The notes under the pieces were generated by a model. That model saw only the letters and a program-made list of their open reading frames with translations. It was not told the origin of the DNA and made no database searches. A DNA stretch of 64,000 nt. Source: Candidatus Zhuqueibacterota bacterium. Its GTDB lineage: Bacteria > Zhuqueibacterota > Zhuqueibacteria > Thermofontimicrobiales > Thermofontimicrobiaceae. The translations under genes were made by a program, and so were the position numbers. How positions within the stretch are numbered: the stretch's first letter is position 1; each line of letters starts with the position of its first letter. Below, one piece after another: positions 1 through 10,613 of this stretch. The DNA lies in NCBI GenBank assembly GCA_049322915.1, contig JBMOPW010000026.1:96001-160000 (forward strand). Reading direction: 5' to 3'.

Positions 1-299
1 AATCCATTATAAAATTAATGAGATGCGCTTCGGAAGTTCAGCCAAAAACGAAGTGTGGACTATTTCATTTTGAAATGAATCTTAAAATGAGAATGATTTT
101 TTTCTCAAATCAGGACGAACCCCACCGGGCCAGATTTTCCGATAGATGCAGCGACGAACGACCTACCATGCCATCCCGCCTGGAAGGAAAAGCCAGAAGA
201 TAAATTTGAGAAAACGATCTGGGCCGCGCGTGATGAGAACTAATTTGGGCTCAGCATAATTTCGTCCTCCTGCAAGAGATTCACGACCGCTTATCGAAT

Positions 300-803
300 C
301 TATGATTTTGCAGGAAATAGTCTTTGTTTTAATCGTTGAAATGCAGAGGTGATGGGGACAATCAGAGGTGTGTTTGAACCGGAACGGTTCTTCTTCAGCC
401 TCAAAATATTGTAGTGGCTTTTGATCTCGTAGCTTATTTCATCGATGAATTTGCGCATGATGAAAATGCCCAATCCGCCTTTTTTCCCGATATCGACGTA
501 GTTATTGAGATTGGGATTCCCGACAGTATTTGGATCGAAGCTCCTTCCCTGGTCAATGAGCTCGACGATGAGCTGGTCGTCATTCACCAGAACTCTCATG
601 GTGATAGAGCCAGTCTGGTCTGCGTTATACCCGTGTTTGATGATGTTGGTGCAGGCTTCGTCAATGGAAATCTTGAAGGCATTAATTTCGTTTTTAGCAA
701 ATTTATACTTGGTACCGATCCGAGTAATAAATTTCCGCAACACAGGCAGATATTTGATTTGGGCGGGAACGATCACCTGCTCTTTAGAGATAGTTTGATT
801 CAC
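300..803 (-). CDS. RsbW/SpoIIAB-like anti-sigma factor / Ser-Thr kinase (HATPase_c_2)
   Basis: GHKL motifs DEACTNIIKHGY (N box), DQGRSFDP (G1) and GGLGIFIM (G2); GTG start. Confidence 0.85.
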   Translation of the reverse strand: MNQTISKEQVIVPAQIKYLPVLRKFITRIGTKYKFAKNEINAFKISIDEACTNIIKHGYNADQTGSITMRVLVNDDQLIVELIDQGRSFDPNTVGNPNLNNYVDIGKKGGLGIFIMRKFIDEISYEIKSHYNILRLKKNRSGSNTPLIVPITSAFQRLKQRLFPAKS

Positions 804-1047
804 AACCGGCTTCCTTTTGATTTTTTAACAGACCCTGTTATGGACTCAGTTCATTCAGTTAACAGCCTCCAACCACGTGCCGTATCAGAAAAAAAGCAAG
901 CCGCGCCTATGATCCGAATTATCTCGAATAGGGGGGAATCGATGATAGTTTTGTTCGCAATATGATGAATCATAATAACAAATTAATTTAAAAAAGTCAA
1001 GCAAATATTTTGGAGCCGTATGTTAAAAGTAGATAACATATGACAGG

Positions 1048-3891
1048 CTAACAGTCCTTCTTGCTCAGTTCTTTCCGAAGAAATTGACCGGTATAGGATT
1101 TGTCAATTGCTGTAATTTCCTCCGGCGTCCCGGTCGCCACAATGGTCCCGCCGTTATCGCCACCCTCCGGGCCAAGATCGATGATGTAGTCTGCGGTTTT
1201 GATGACATCCAGATTGTGTTCGATCACCATCACGGTGTTTCCTTTGTCGACGAGCCGATTGAGCACATTGAGCAGCATGTTGATGTCCTCAAAATGGAGA
1301 CCGGTTGTCGGTTCGTCCAGAATATAAAAAGTGCGCCCGGTTCCCACTTTAGAAAGTTCGGTGGCCAGCTTGACGCGCTGCGCTTCGCCGCCGGAGAGAG
1401 TTGTTGCCTGTTGACCCAGTCGGATGTAGCCGAGTCCCACATCGTCCAGGGTTTCCAGCTTGCGCCTGATGCGCGGTATCTTGTCGAAGAAATCGAGCGC
1501 CTGGGACACAGTCATGTCCAGGACATCGGCAATGGATTTGCCGCGATATTTTACCTCCAGCGTCTCGCGATTATAGCGCTTGCCTTTGCATTCCTCGCAC
1601 GTCACGTAAATATCCGGCAGAAAGTGCATCTCAATTTTGATGATGCCGTCTCCCTGACAGGTTTCGCAGCGGCCGCCCTTGACATTGAAACTGAAACGGC
1701 CGGGATGATAACCGCGAATTTTAGCCTCGGGCAGTTGCGTGAACAGATCGCGGATATGGGTGAACAGGCCGGTATAGGTCGCCGGGTTGGAGCGCGGGGT
1801 GCGTCCGATCGGCGATTGGTCGATATCAATCACCTTGTCGATATGCTCCAATCCCAGAAGCTTTTCATATTTCAGCGGCTGCTTTTTACCCTGGTAGAAT
1901 TCTTTCAGCAAAATGGGGTAAAGCGTCTCGTTGACCAGCGTGCTCTTCCCTGAACCGGAAACGCCGGTGATGCAGATGAACAATCCTAATGGAAATTTCA
2001 CGTTCACCGATTTCAGGTTGTTGCCGGAAGCGCCGCGAAGTTCGATGAAAGCGCCGTTGCCCGGCCGGCGCCTGGGTGGGATGGCGATAAATTTTTTGCA
2101 CGACAGGTATTGCCCGGTGATGGATGCCTCGTTCGCTGCTATTTCCGCCGGTGTACCGGTTGCCACAATTTGCCCGCCGTTTTCGCCGGCGCGGGGTCCC
2201 AGATCGACAATGAAGTCGGCGCTCTCGATAGTCTCCCGGTCATGTTCCACAACGATCACAGTGTTCCCCAGATTTCTCAATTCCAGCAAGGTGTTGATCA
2301 GTTTCTGATTATCCCGCTGGTGCAATCCAATGGAAGGCTCATCCAGAATATAGAGCACGCCCATCAGTTGCGAGCCGATTTGAGTCGCCAGCCGAATGCG
2401 TTGGGCTTCGCCGCCGGACAGGCTGCCGGACGAACGATGCAGGGTCAAATAATCCAATCCGACATTGATCAGAAATTTCAACCGCGCGAAAATTTCCTTC
2501 AGAATTTGCTGGGCAATGATCTGCTCGCGTTTGGTGAGCTTTATAACCGTGAAGAATTGCTGCAAATGATTTATCGATAATTGGGTGATGCCGTTGATAT
2601 TGTAATCGCCGATGCGAACGGCCAGCGATTCCTTTCGCAGCCGGGACCCACCGCAGGCCGGGCAAGGCTTCATGTTCATGAAACCCTCGATCCAGGTTCG
2701 AATGTATTGCGACGATGTTTGATGGTAGCGACGCTCCAGATTTTTGATGATGCCCTCATATTGCGTGGTGAATTCAGCGTGACGCTGGCCATTTTCTCTG
2801 AGATAGATCATTCGAACCGGCTCATTGCCGGAGCCGTAGAAGATAATATTTTTATGCTCATCACTCAAATTTTTGAAGGGCACATTCAAATCGAATCCAT
2901 ACTTATCGGCAACGGAAGCCAACTGCGAGAAGTACCAACCTTCGCGAGCTTCGCCCCAGGGGATGAGTGCGCCTTGATTGAGGGATAGATTTTTATCGGG
3001 GACGACGAGGTCCGGATCAATTTCCATGATCGTGCCAAGTCCATTGCACGTCTGGCACGCGCCGTACGGGCTGTTGAACGAGAACATGCGTGGCGTCAAT
3101 TCTTCGTAGGAGATGCCGCAATCGATGCAGGCAAAATGCTCGCTGAAAAACAACTCCTCGCCGTCGATTTGATGAATCAACACAATGCCCGACGCCAATT
3201 TCAATGCCGTCTCCACCGAGTCGGTCAATCGGGCGGTCATAGTGGGTTCAATGATCAGCCGATCCACGACAATTTCGATGTTATGTTTTTTTTGCTTGTC
3301 CAGCGAGATGTCTTCTTCAAGTTCTCGCATCTGGCCATCCACCCGGACGCGGACGAATCCATCGCGTTGGGCTTCCTCGAAAATTTCGCGGTACTCGCCT
3401 TTGCGTCCGCGCACCACCGGGGCCAACACCAGAATTTTTGTTTCTTGGGGCAATGCCATCACCTGATCCACAATTTGCTGCACCGACTGCCGCTGGATTG
3501 GTTTTCCGCAGTTATAGCAATACGGCTTGCCGATGCGCGCGAACAACAGGCGCAGGTAGTCGTAAATTTCAGTGACCGTTCCCACTGTGGAGCGGGGATT
3601 TTTGCTGGCAGATCGCTGTTCGATGGATATAGCCGGGGATAGCCCTTCAATGTACTCCACATCCGGCTTTTCCATAAGCCCTAAAAATTGCCGGGCATAG
3701 GCGGATAGCGATTCGACATAGCGGCGTTGGCCTTCGGCGTAAATTGTATCGAACGCCAGCGAAGATTTCCCCGAGCCGGACAGGCCGGTGATGACCACGA
3801 GCTTGTCTCTGGGAATTTCCAGATCGATGTTTTTTAAATTGTGCTCGCAGGCGCCTTTTATGAAAATTGATTTTCTGTCAGACATGGCCAT
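1048..3891 (-). CDS. uvrA: Excinuclease ABC subunit A
   Basis: 947 aa; two ABC ATPase domains ([18 protein letters not shown], two LSGGEAQR), zinc-finger Cys pairs, [12 protein letters not shown] signature. Confidence 0.99.
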   Translation of the reverse strand: MAMSDRKSIFIKGACEHNLKNIDLEIPRDKLVVITGLSGSGKSSLAFDTIYAEGQRRYVESLSAYARQFLGLMEKPDVEYIEGLSPAISIEQRSASKNPRSTVGTVTEIYDYLRLLFARIGKPYCYNCGKPIQRQSVQQIVDQVMALPQETKILVLAPVVRGRKGEYREIFEEAQRDGFVRVRVDGQMRELEEDISLDKQKKHNIEIVVDRLIIEPTMTARLTDSVETALKLASGIVLIHQIDGEELFFSEHFACIDCGISYEELTPRMFSFNSPYGACQTCNGLGTIMEIDPDLVVPDKNLSLNQGALIPWGEAREGWYFSQLASVADKYGFDLNVPFKNLSDEHKNIIFYGSGNEPVRMIYLRENGQRHAEFTTQYEGIIKNLERRYHQTSSQYIRTWIEGFMNMKPCPACGGSRLRKESLAVRIGDYNINGITQLSINHLQQFFTVIKLTKREQIIAQQILKEIFARLKFLINVGLDYLTLHRSSGSLSGGEAQRIRLATQIGSQLMGVLYILDEPSIGLHQRDNQKLINTLLELRNLGNTVIVVEHDRETIESADFIVDLGPRAGENGGQIVATGTPAEIAANEASITGQYLSCKKFIAIPPRRRPGNGAFIELRGASGNNLKSVNVKFPLGLFICITGVSGSGKSTLVNETLYPILLKEFYQGKKQPLKYEKLLGLEHIDKVIDIDQSPIGRTPRSNPATYTGLFTHIRDLFTQLPEAKIRGYHPGRFSFNVKGGRCETCQGDGIIKIEMHFLPDIYVTCEECKGKRYNRETLEVKYRGKSIADVLDMTVSQALDFFDKIPRIRRKLETLDDVGLGYIRLGQQATTLSGGEAQRVKLATELSKVGTGRTFYILDEPTTGLHFEDINMLLNVLNRLVDKGNTVMVIEHNLDVIKTADYIIDLGPEGGDNGGTIVATGTPEEITAIDKSYTGQFLRKELSKKDC

Positions 3892-3930
3892 TGTTTCTTT
3901 AAATGATGAAATCGGTTCGAATTAACCTGT

Positions 3931-3947
3931 ATGAACGTACTGTTCAT
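3931..3947. promoter_or_regulatory. Palindrome ATGAAC-N5-GTTCAT upstream of uvrA (possible LexA-type operator)
   Basis: Perfect 6-bp inverted arms 40-56 bp upstream of the uvrA start. Confidence 0.35.
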
Positions 3948-4302
3948 TGGAATGTTCCTGCCTGAAACGGCAGAATATAAAAATTAATTGGTCGAATATC
4001 AATGGAAAAATATATTAATGTGCGTGCGTCCTACGCGCGGACCTGGCGACTATGCCTGAATTCTGTCGCAGCGTCATTCCACAGAATGGGAGAATCAGCT
4101 CTGCTGGTGGGCAATCTGCGAGTCGCGTTTTGAACCAGTCGATTTTAATGCCAGTCAACTGGATGCCGGAAATAGGCATCAATGTGAATTGGTGACATTC
4201 ATCCTGAGCGTGAAGCGCATGGTTCATGTCGGCGCGATGAAAGCAGTTAAGTCGGAACTTTCCCTGTGCTAAATCGTCAAATAGTTGTCCTGAAAAAAAA
4301 AT

Positions 4303-4659
4303 GGGGACGAAACTGGTTTCGACGGTGGTCGAGGGAGTACAGATGGCATACCGAGGTCCTGGTTCCTCGCTAATCTGCCGGGAAAATAAATTTAAACGCA
4401 GACAATTATGCGTATGCATTGGCTGCCTAATTAAGCGGCCCGTGCTTTCCGGGTTCAGCCCATCAGGCCTGGAAAGTCACGTCGATTATGATGGGATAGT
4501 TCCCCTTCAACCTGCGGCAGGGGAGCGAAACTTAAGCGGGCTGGCTTTTTGGAAGCTTTGTTTGTCGTGCTTCGGAGAGCGAGATTGAACGATAGACTAA
4601 GTATGTAGAAGTTTGTAAGACCGGACCTTCGGACGCGGGTTCGACTCCCGCCGTCTCCA
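4303..4659 (+). ncRNA. ssrA: tmRNA (transfer-messenger RNA)
   Basis: 5' GGGGACG pairs with 3' CGTCTCC-A with a G3.U wobble; T-arm GCGGGTTCGACTCCCGC; internal tag ORF 4398-4430 reads ADNYAYALAA-stop; CCA not fully encoded. Confidence 0.97.
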
Positions 4660-4667
4660 CAAATGTT

Positions 4668-4712
4668 AAACCTCCCGGGTTCTGATTAACTTTCGGAATC
4701 GGGAGGTTTTTT
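4668..4712 (+). terminator. Intrinsic terminator after tmRNA
   Basis: AAACCTCCCG / CGGGAGGTTT stem followed by a T run. Confidence 0.75.
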
Positions 4713-4832
4713 ATTTGGTTCGAATTTTTTAAACTTACAAATGTCAAAGGAGCAAGTATCAAATAAATTTCAAATTCAAATAATAAAATCACAAACCGTG
4801 ACCATGCCCTTAATTGATTTATTATCACGTTT

Positions 4833-5125
4833 CAGCCATTGGCTATCTAACCTGAATTATTCATGAACTTGCTCAGAATTTGAGTCAACATTCAGATTTT
4901 CAATTAGCTAAAAGCTAAGTTATTTTGAAACTCAGTTTTTGTACGGTTATTCTAAAAAGAGCACCATTCAGGTTAGCCAGCCTCCTTTAAAAATACTATG
5001 AATAATGCAGGCTAAAAAATTTGTGGTATGAAATGTATATTTTTTACCAGATACGTGATCGCATAATTGAATCAAATAGGCCGATTTTCCTCTTGCTGAA
5101 CGCTGATAGCTGTTAGCGGAACGCT
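4833..5125. repeat. Heptamer-periodic inverted arms enclosing MITE copy A
   Basis: Left CAGCCATTGGCTATC (4833-4847), right GCTGAAC-GCTGATA-GCTGTTA-GCGGAAC-GCT (5095-5125); similar arm pair at 20182-20311. Confidence 0.55.
4851..5011 (+). mobile_element. 161-bp MITE, copy A
   Basis: Terminal IR CCTGAATTATTCAT / ATGAATAATGCAGG (13/14), CTAA on both flanks; near-identical copies at 42742-42902 and 52639-52799, interrupted copy at 36695-37444. Confidence 0.9.
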
Positions 5126-5130
5126 TGATA

Positions 5131-6339
5131 TTATTTTTCAAAAATCGAACTGGCCACAATGTTTGCAATCCGGCTTCGCAGCGAAAGCACGGCGCCGCCA
5201 TCGCTGGGGTGAACGCGATTGGTCAGGAAAATGACGGATGTCTCCGTCTCCGGATCGATCCAGATGGATGTGCCGGTGTAGCCGGAATGGCCGTACGAGG
5301 CTGGCCCGAAAAGGTCGCCGCCATTTGTGGAATAGGCCGAATTCAGGTCCCAGCCCAGGCCGCGGCCGGAGAATGCCACGTCCGGGTAAACCGATGTCAT
5401 TCGCTCCACCGTCAGCGGACTCAAAATGCGAATCCCCTCGAATGTGCCTTTGTTCAGCAACATCTGCGCGAAAATGGCCAGATCATCGGCAGTGGAAAAG
5501 AGGCCGGCATTGCCGGAAACACCACTCAGCAGTCGGGCCAGTGGATCGTGCACGATTCCAATCAACGGCTTTCCATCAATCACTTCTGTGGGCACACATT
5601 TTTCCCTGAACGAATCTGCCGGGTTGTAAAATGTGTTTTCCATTTTCAGCGGCCTGTAAATGTGCTTCACTGAAAATTCGGCAAGCGTTTGCCCGGTTAT
5701 TCGATCCAGAATTTCAGCCAGTGTAATGAATCCGAGACAACTGTAATGGAAAGCTGTACCCGGCGGATCGGTTTTTTTCAGCAGGGCGATGTGCTTGACC
5801 AAAGAATCCATGGGGCAGGGATTGCCATACTTTTCTTCGACTTCTTTGGCGGGCGTATACGGCGGGAGACCTGACGTGTGCGTCAGCAAATGCCAGATGC
5901 GGGCGTCTTCACCGGGTTTGCCGTTTTCATCCACGTAGGATGCGAATTCCGGGATATATTCCTTCACCGTGTCCCACAAACGAATGCGGCCCTGTTCTAC
6001 CAAAATCATGATGGACGTGGCTGTGGCAACCGGCTTGGTCACGGACGCCATATCAAAAATCATGTCGATTTCCATCGGGCGTTCTTCCGGCACCCACTGA
6101 CTCTTGCCGAAAGCTTCGCGCAGCACGATGTGGCCTTTTCGAGAGACGATTATGGCGGCGCCGGGAAAATCTTTTTGCTCGATGGCGGAATTGATCATCG
6201 CCTTCACAAGGCTGAGCTGCGTCGACGACATGCCTACGGATTCAGGTTTGGCGACTGGCAGCGATTGCGCCTGAACTCCGACGGAATAGACGAGAAGCAA
6301 TAGGCAACTAAAGCAGAGTAATAGGTTTTGAATTCTCAT
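5131..6339 (-). CDS. Secreted serine hydrolase, beta-lactamase (class C/AmiE-like) family
   Basis: SxxK (ASVTK), HLLTHTSG, YSC, GHSGYTG; signal peptide from ATG 6339 with GAGG RBS (track start 6453 probably too long). Confidence 0.85.
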   Translation of the reverse strand: MRIQNLLLCFSCLLLLVYSVGVQAQSLPVAKPESVGMSSTQLSLVKAMINSAIEQKDFPGAAIIVSRKGHIVLREAFGKSQWVPEERPMEIDMIFDMASVTKPVATATSIMILVEQGRIRLWDTVKEYIPEFASYVDENGKPGEDARIWHLLTHTSGLPPYTPAKEVEEKYGNPCPMDSLVKHIALLKKTDPPGTAFHYSCLGFITLAEILDRITGQTLAEFSVKHIYRPLKMENTFYNPADSFREKCVPTEVIDGKPLIGIVHDPLARLLSGVSGNAGLFSTADDLAIFAQMLLNKGTFEGIRILSPLTVERMTSVYPDVAFSGRGLGWDLNSAYSTNGGDLFGPASYGHSGYTGTSIWIDPETETSVIFLTNRVHPSDGGAVLSLRSRIANIVASSIFEK

Positions 6340-6581
6340 GAGGACCTCTTTTGTTTTTGGGTGAAAGGATCGGCGCCTTTTCATGGGAAAAACGGGTCTT
6401 TCAAAAGCGAGCCAGCCTGGGACTATTATAAAAAATGGACGGTCAAAAGTCAATACCTATTTTTTTTGGACGAATGCGGGATGCAGGAGCGCAAAAAAAC
6501 GGCTTGCTTATTGTTGAAAATTTTAATAAGTTGTAAAACTTAACGCGCTTACCATGATTAACTTTGAACGATTAAAGACAT

Positions 6582-7682
6582 GTGACTGAATATTTTGTTG
6601 GCCTGACGAGCCTTGTCTATGCTGCGTTTCTTTTATGGCTTTGGCGCGGTGTGAATCGACTGGCTCCGTGCGCGCCGGATCAGGTTGCGCCTATCTCGAT
6701 CATTGTGACCATGCGCGACGAGCAGAAAAACGCTGCTGCATGCGTCCGCGCATTGCTGAATCAGGACTACCCGTCGGATAGGCTCGATATTGTCATTGTG
6801 GACGACGCTTCTCAGGATGCGACGCCGTCCATCCTGGCCGGGTTCAAACAGAGCCAACCCCGAATGAAAGTGATCCGGCAGGAAGCCGACATCCCCGGTG
6901 ACAGTCGCAAGAAGCAGGCGTTGCATCGGGCCATTGCCCACTGTCGCGGCGAGATTCTGCTGTTCACCGATGCGGATTGTCTGCCGCCGCCGACCTGGGC
7001 CAGATCGTTGGTCGCCTGTTTTGATGCCCGGACAGGGCTGGTTGCCGGCTATTCCCCGATCATCGATCCGACGCATTCGTGGGCTGGTTCCATCCTGACA
7101 ATCGATAGTCTGGCGGCGGCGGTCGTCGCTGCCGGGAGCATCAAAAATGGCAGCGCCGTGACCTGCACTGGCCGCAATTTAGCCTATCGCCGCGCTGCTT
7201 ACGACGAGGTCGATGGATTCGAGGCCATCAACAGGAGCGTCTCCGGGGACGATGATCTGTTTCTGCAACTCGTTCACCGCAAAACTGATTGGAAAATAAA
7301 TTTTGCCAGCGGCGCCGGCGCGATCGTTCCCAGCGTTCAGTCGAAATCGCTTTCCGGAATCTTCGTCCAAAAACGCCGCCATCTTTCTGCCGGAAAGTTT
7401 TACGCGACGAAGGTGCAACTTGGCTATTTCATCTACCACTTCGTCAATATCGGCTTGCACCTGATTTTGCCTCTCACGCTCTTGCCTGGGTGGAACAGCG
7501 CTTTACCTTTCGGCGCTCTGGCGGCAAAATACGCTGCTGATTATTTCATTCTTCGAACGGCGCGGAATCGGCTACAGGCTGATGTGTCGCTGAAGCAATT
7601 TGTACCGTGGGAACTGTTCTTTGTCCTGTACAATGCGCTCATCGGGCCGGTGTCGTGGATTGGTAAAATCAGGTGGAAGTGA
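6582..7682 (+). CDS. Membrane glycosyltransferase family 2 (paralog 1, QxxRH variant)
   Basis: N-terminal TM, VDDAS, FTDADC, SGDDD, QKRRH, C-terminal TMs. Confidence 0.9.
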   Translation: MTEYFVGLTSLVYAAFLLWLWRGVNRLAPCAPDQVAPISIIVTMRDEQKNAAACVRALLNQDYPSDRLDIVIVDDASQDATPSILAGFKQSQPRMKVIRQEADIPGDSRKKQALHRAIAHCRGEILLFTDADCLPPPTWARSLVACFDARTGLVAGYSPIIDPTHSWAGSILTIDSLAAAVVAAGSIKNGSAVTCTGRNLAYRRAAYDEVDGFEAINRSVSGDDDLFLQLVHRKTDWKINFASGAGAIVPSVQSKSLSGIFVQKRRHLSAGKFYATKVQLGYFIYHFVNIGLHLILPLTLLPGWNSALPFGALAAKYAADYFILRTARNRLQADVSLKQFVPWELFFVLYNALIGPVSWIGKIRWK

Positions 7683-7782
7683 AAATTGGATCGAGCGCTG
7701 GCTCTCTTTCGGGTGGCTGGCAGACCACTGTTGCCGAATGCCAAAATTGGGTCAAAAAAATCGGCGTGATTGAAAGAGCGAT

Positions 7783-8565
7783 ATGGGTCATCATCTTCGG
7801 GTTTGGGAAAATTACAGATCATTCGCGGACCGACGCGCGCAGCTTGTCGTTGATATTATTCTGCAGCAGACTGAATTACAGGGCCGGCGAGTCCTGGATT
7901 ACGGCTGCGGCGAAGGCGCCACCGCCCGATTGATGCATGCTCATGGCGCTCGCGTGACGGCTCACGATATTCGGGACGATGTGGCCGGCAACTTCGCCGG
8001 TACGGACATTGTTTTTGTGACTGGCGATGCCGTCGGCCGGTTCGGCGACAGTTCGTTCGACATCGTTATTTTGCAGGACGTGCTGGAGCATGTGCCTGAT
8101 CCGCGGTTGATTTTGCAGCAGATTTGCCGGGCGCTTGCGCCTGGCGGGATGATTTATATTTCCACGCCGAATCGGTTCTCCTGCATCAACGCGGTGAGCG
8201 ATCCCCACTGGAGTCTGCCGGTGGTCTCTCTCCTGCCGCGAGGGGGAGTCAGATTATTTGTCAAAACGCTGTGCCGGAGAGACCGTCGGCAGAGGTCAGA
8301 CTGGCCGGCGCTGCTTTCGCTCCGTCAATTGAACAGGATATTGTCCGCGAATGGAATCGAATTCACATTTGTCAACACTTTCGTGGCCAGAAAATTATTT
8401 CAAAATCCGGATATGGTGGTGTGCGATCCCCGGCATTTGAAGATCGTTCGCTGGATTCGTCGAACCGGTCTGGAAGAGCGATTGCTGGGACTTGTAAATG
8501 ACAATCCATGCCTGTTCAACACCTGGGTAAATTCTACGTGGTATGGGATTGGACGAAAACGATGA
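7783..8565 (+). CDS. Class I SAM-dependent methyltransferase
   Basis: VLDYGCGEG motif I, FDIVILQDVLEHVPDP, LAPGG.IYISTPN; start uncertain. Confidence 0.9.
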   Translation: MGHHLRVWENYRSFADRRAQLVVDIILQQTELQGRRVLDYGCGEGATARLMHAHGARVTAHDIRDDVAGNFAGTDIVFVTGDAVGRFGDSSFDIVILQDVLEHVPDPRLILQQICRALAPGGMIYISTPNRFSCINAVSDPHWSLPVVSLLPRGGVRLFVKTLCRRDRRQRSDWPALLSLRQLNRILSANGIEFTFVNTFVARKLFQNPDMVVCDPRHLKIVRWIRRTGLEERLLGLVNDNPCLFNTWVNSTWYGIGRKR

Positions 8566-9578
8566 AAGAAATATTCTGGAGCCGGGTGATCCGATCGGTT
8601 TCCCTGAGTCGACTTGCGAACAGCGCCAGTGTCATTCTGTCGCTTGCGCTTTCCAGACTGCTGAGGAGGGCCATTGTCTGGGGCGAACCGTTCATTGTCA
8701 CGGTCGAGCCAACAATACGATGCAATCTGGCGTGTCCGCAGTGCCTCGCCGGGATGAAGCAGGTCGTTCGGGCGAAGGCCAATATGGATGTGCTGGCCTT
8801 TCGGCATTTTCTCGATGTGATGGGCGCGAACGTCTGGCACCTGTTGCTTTACAACCAGGGCGAGCCGTTTCTGAATTCGGACATTCTCACGTTCATTGGC
8901 CTGGCAAAGCAGCGACGTATCTATGTCACGATCAGCACCAACGGACATTTTTTGCGGGACAAGGACTTCGTCCGTGAACTGGTATCGGGCGGGTTGGATT
9001 CCATCATCGTCTCGCTGGATGGAGCCGACGAGCAGACCTATCAGGCCTATCGTCGGGGCGGGAATTTTTCCGCTGTCGTCGAAGGCATTGAATTGTTGGC
9101 CAAAATGCGGGATGAACTCCGGTCACCCACTCCCAAAATCGTGATCCAATGTCTGGTGATGAAGCACAATGAGCAACAAATGGGTGAGATGCGCGCCCTG
9201 GCAGATAGGCTGGGTGCGGATCGGCTGCTCTTCAAAACATTCCAGGTGGAGTTTCAGGAGAATGGTGAATCGTTTTTACCAGACAGCCCGAACTGGCGGC
9301 GATACGAATTTGTCGGCGACCAAATTCAGCCCAGAAACAAACTGACAGCCTGCACCCGTTTGTGGTACAGCACCGTTATCCTTTCGGATGGCCGCATTGT
9401 GCCCTGTTGTTTTGACAAGAATGGCGCCCATTCATTTGGAAATATCACAGCGATAAAAACAGTTGATCAATTTTGGAAATCAGATGAATACCATAGATTC
9501 AGGAACGCAGCGCTCCGCGGCGCCGAACAAATTCACATCTGCCGCAACTGCACCCAGAACCAGAAAGTTTATCTCTAA
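8562..9578 (+). CDS. Radical SAM protein with SPASM/twitch domain
   Basis: CNLACPQC (CxxxCxxC), QGEP, STNG, C-terminal CTRLW...PCCFD...CRNC; ATG 8562 overlaps upstream TGA. Confidence 0.9.
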   Translation: MKEIFWSRVIRSVSLSRLANSASVILSLALSRLLRRAIVWGEPFIVTVEPTIRCNLACPQCLAGMKQVVRAKANMDVLAFRHFLDVMGANVWHLLLYNQGEPFLNSDILTFIGLAKQRRIYVTISTNGHFLRDKDFVRELVSGGLDSIIVSLDGADEQTYQAYRRGGNFSAVVEGIELLAKMRDELRSPTPKIVIQCLVMKHNEQQMGEMRALADRLGADRLLFKTFQVEFQENGESFLPDSPNWRRYEFVGDQIQPRNKLTACTRLWYSTVILSDGRIVPCCFDKNGAHSFGNITAIKTVDQFWKSDEYHRFRNAALRGAEQIHICRNCTQNQKVYL

Positions 9579-10545
9579 GCGTGCCCTGCTCTTTCTGGTG
9601 AAAATTATTGTGTCCGTGCTCGTTTTGATCATGCTCATCAAACGGTTGCAAATGAAGGAAATACTGGCGGCGTTCCAGAGCGCCCGGCTTTTTTGCATCT
9701 ACATGGCCCTGGCTTTGTTGATTCCCAACATCTACGCTCAGTACCTGAAATGGCGCTACCTTGTCCGACTGGTCAAACCGGACGTCCCTGACCGCGAAGT
9801 GATTCAGTCGCTGTTAGCCGGCCTCACGTTCGGATTCATCACCCCGGGCCGCGTCGGGGAATTTGGCCGGGCGTTCTTCATCTCCAATTGCTCCTGGGTG
9901 AAACTGCTTGGCATCACTTTCATCGATAAATTATTCGCCATGGCAGTGGTCTTTTTCTGGGGCGCCATTGGTTTGCTGTACTTCATCAGCCGGCAGCTTT
10001 ATATTTACACCATGGTGCCGGTCATCCTTTTCACGCTCATCGCTCTGGTGGTGATTTACTATATCATCTTTCACCCGGAGATCATCAAAAGCTTTCTGTA
10101 CAGTCTGAACATCATTCTCCCATTTCGGGATAAAATTAAATTGCTGATGAGCAGTCTGGACAATTTCCATCGCCGCCAGGCTATCATTCTGGCGTTATTG
10201 AATTTCAGTTTTTATGCGATTTTTTTCATTCAATACTATATTCTGGTCTGCGCCTTCGAGCCGGCTCCCATTGTTCAATCGTCGCTGGCCATTTTTTCAA
10301 CCATGCTGGTAAAATCCATGCTGCCCATTTCGGTGGGTGATCTGGGTGTACGAGAAAGCGCGGCCGTCTTCTTTTTTAGCAAGATCGGCGTGCTTCACTC
10401 GACGGCGTTCAATGCGTCCATTTTGCTTTTTATGATCAACCTGCTTCTGCCCAGCCTGGCCGGACTTTTTCTCGTGTTGCGCTACGGCCTTGTTTTTAAA
10501 AAGAATAATCGGACGCAAAACAACACTGACGCGCCTGAACGCTAA
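9463..10545 (+). CDS. Lysylphosphatidylglycerol-synthase TM-domain (flippase-like, UPF0104) protein
   Basis: Multiple TMs; KWRYL, TPGRVGEFGR and LPISVGDLGVRE motifs; true start probably near 9565-9600. Confidence 0.85.
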   Translation: MINFGNQMNTIDSGTQRSAAPNKFTSAATAPRTRKFISKRALLFLVKIIVSVLVLIMLIKRLQMKEILAAFQSARLFCIYMALALLIPNIYAQYLKWRYLVRLVKPDVPDREVIQSLLAGLTFGFITPGRVGEFGRAFFISNCSWVKLLGITFIDKLFAMAVVFFWGAIGLLYFISRQLYIYTMVPVILFTLIALVVIYYIIFHPEIIKSFLYSLNIILPFRDKIKLLMSSLDNFHRRQAIILALLNFSFYAIFFIQYYILVCAFEPAPIVQSSLAIFSTMLVKSMLPISVGDLGVRESAAVFFFSKIGVLHSTAFNASILLFMINLLLPSLAGLFLVLRYGLVFKKNNRTQNNTDAPER

Positions 10546-10613
10546 CCCTGTGGCAGCACCAGGCCGATGGAATCGCAGCTGTTCGCCCTTTATTCATACC
10601 AGAGATCTGTCCC

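Noticed and set aside
60..280. Fur box or structured RNA at the window start
   Set aside because: Only partial inverted matches, and the adjacent gene lies outside the window; cannot be supported.
1084..3642. Plus-strand ORFs inside uvrA (e.g. 1084-1953)
   Set aside because: Antisense shadows of a highly conserved gene with no recognisable motifs.
4630..4662. tRNA gene
   Set aside because: The T-arm and acceptor belong to the tRNA-like domain of tmRNA; no anticodon arm, and the 5' partner is ~330 nt upstream.
4640..5130. Prophage or island integrated at the tmRNA 3' end
   Set aside because: No integrase, and I saw no duplicated ssrA 3' fragment elsewhere in the window.
7673..7790. Programmed frameshift extending the methyltransferase through the A7 run near 7754-7760
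   Set aside because: Both alternative frames hit a TGA before 7783, so no shift at that run gives a continuous ORF.
8562..9578. RiPP maturase role for the SPASM radical SAM enzymes
   Set aside because: No precursor peptide, RRE/PqqD domain, peptidase or exporter nearby; the context is glycosylation.
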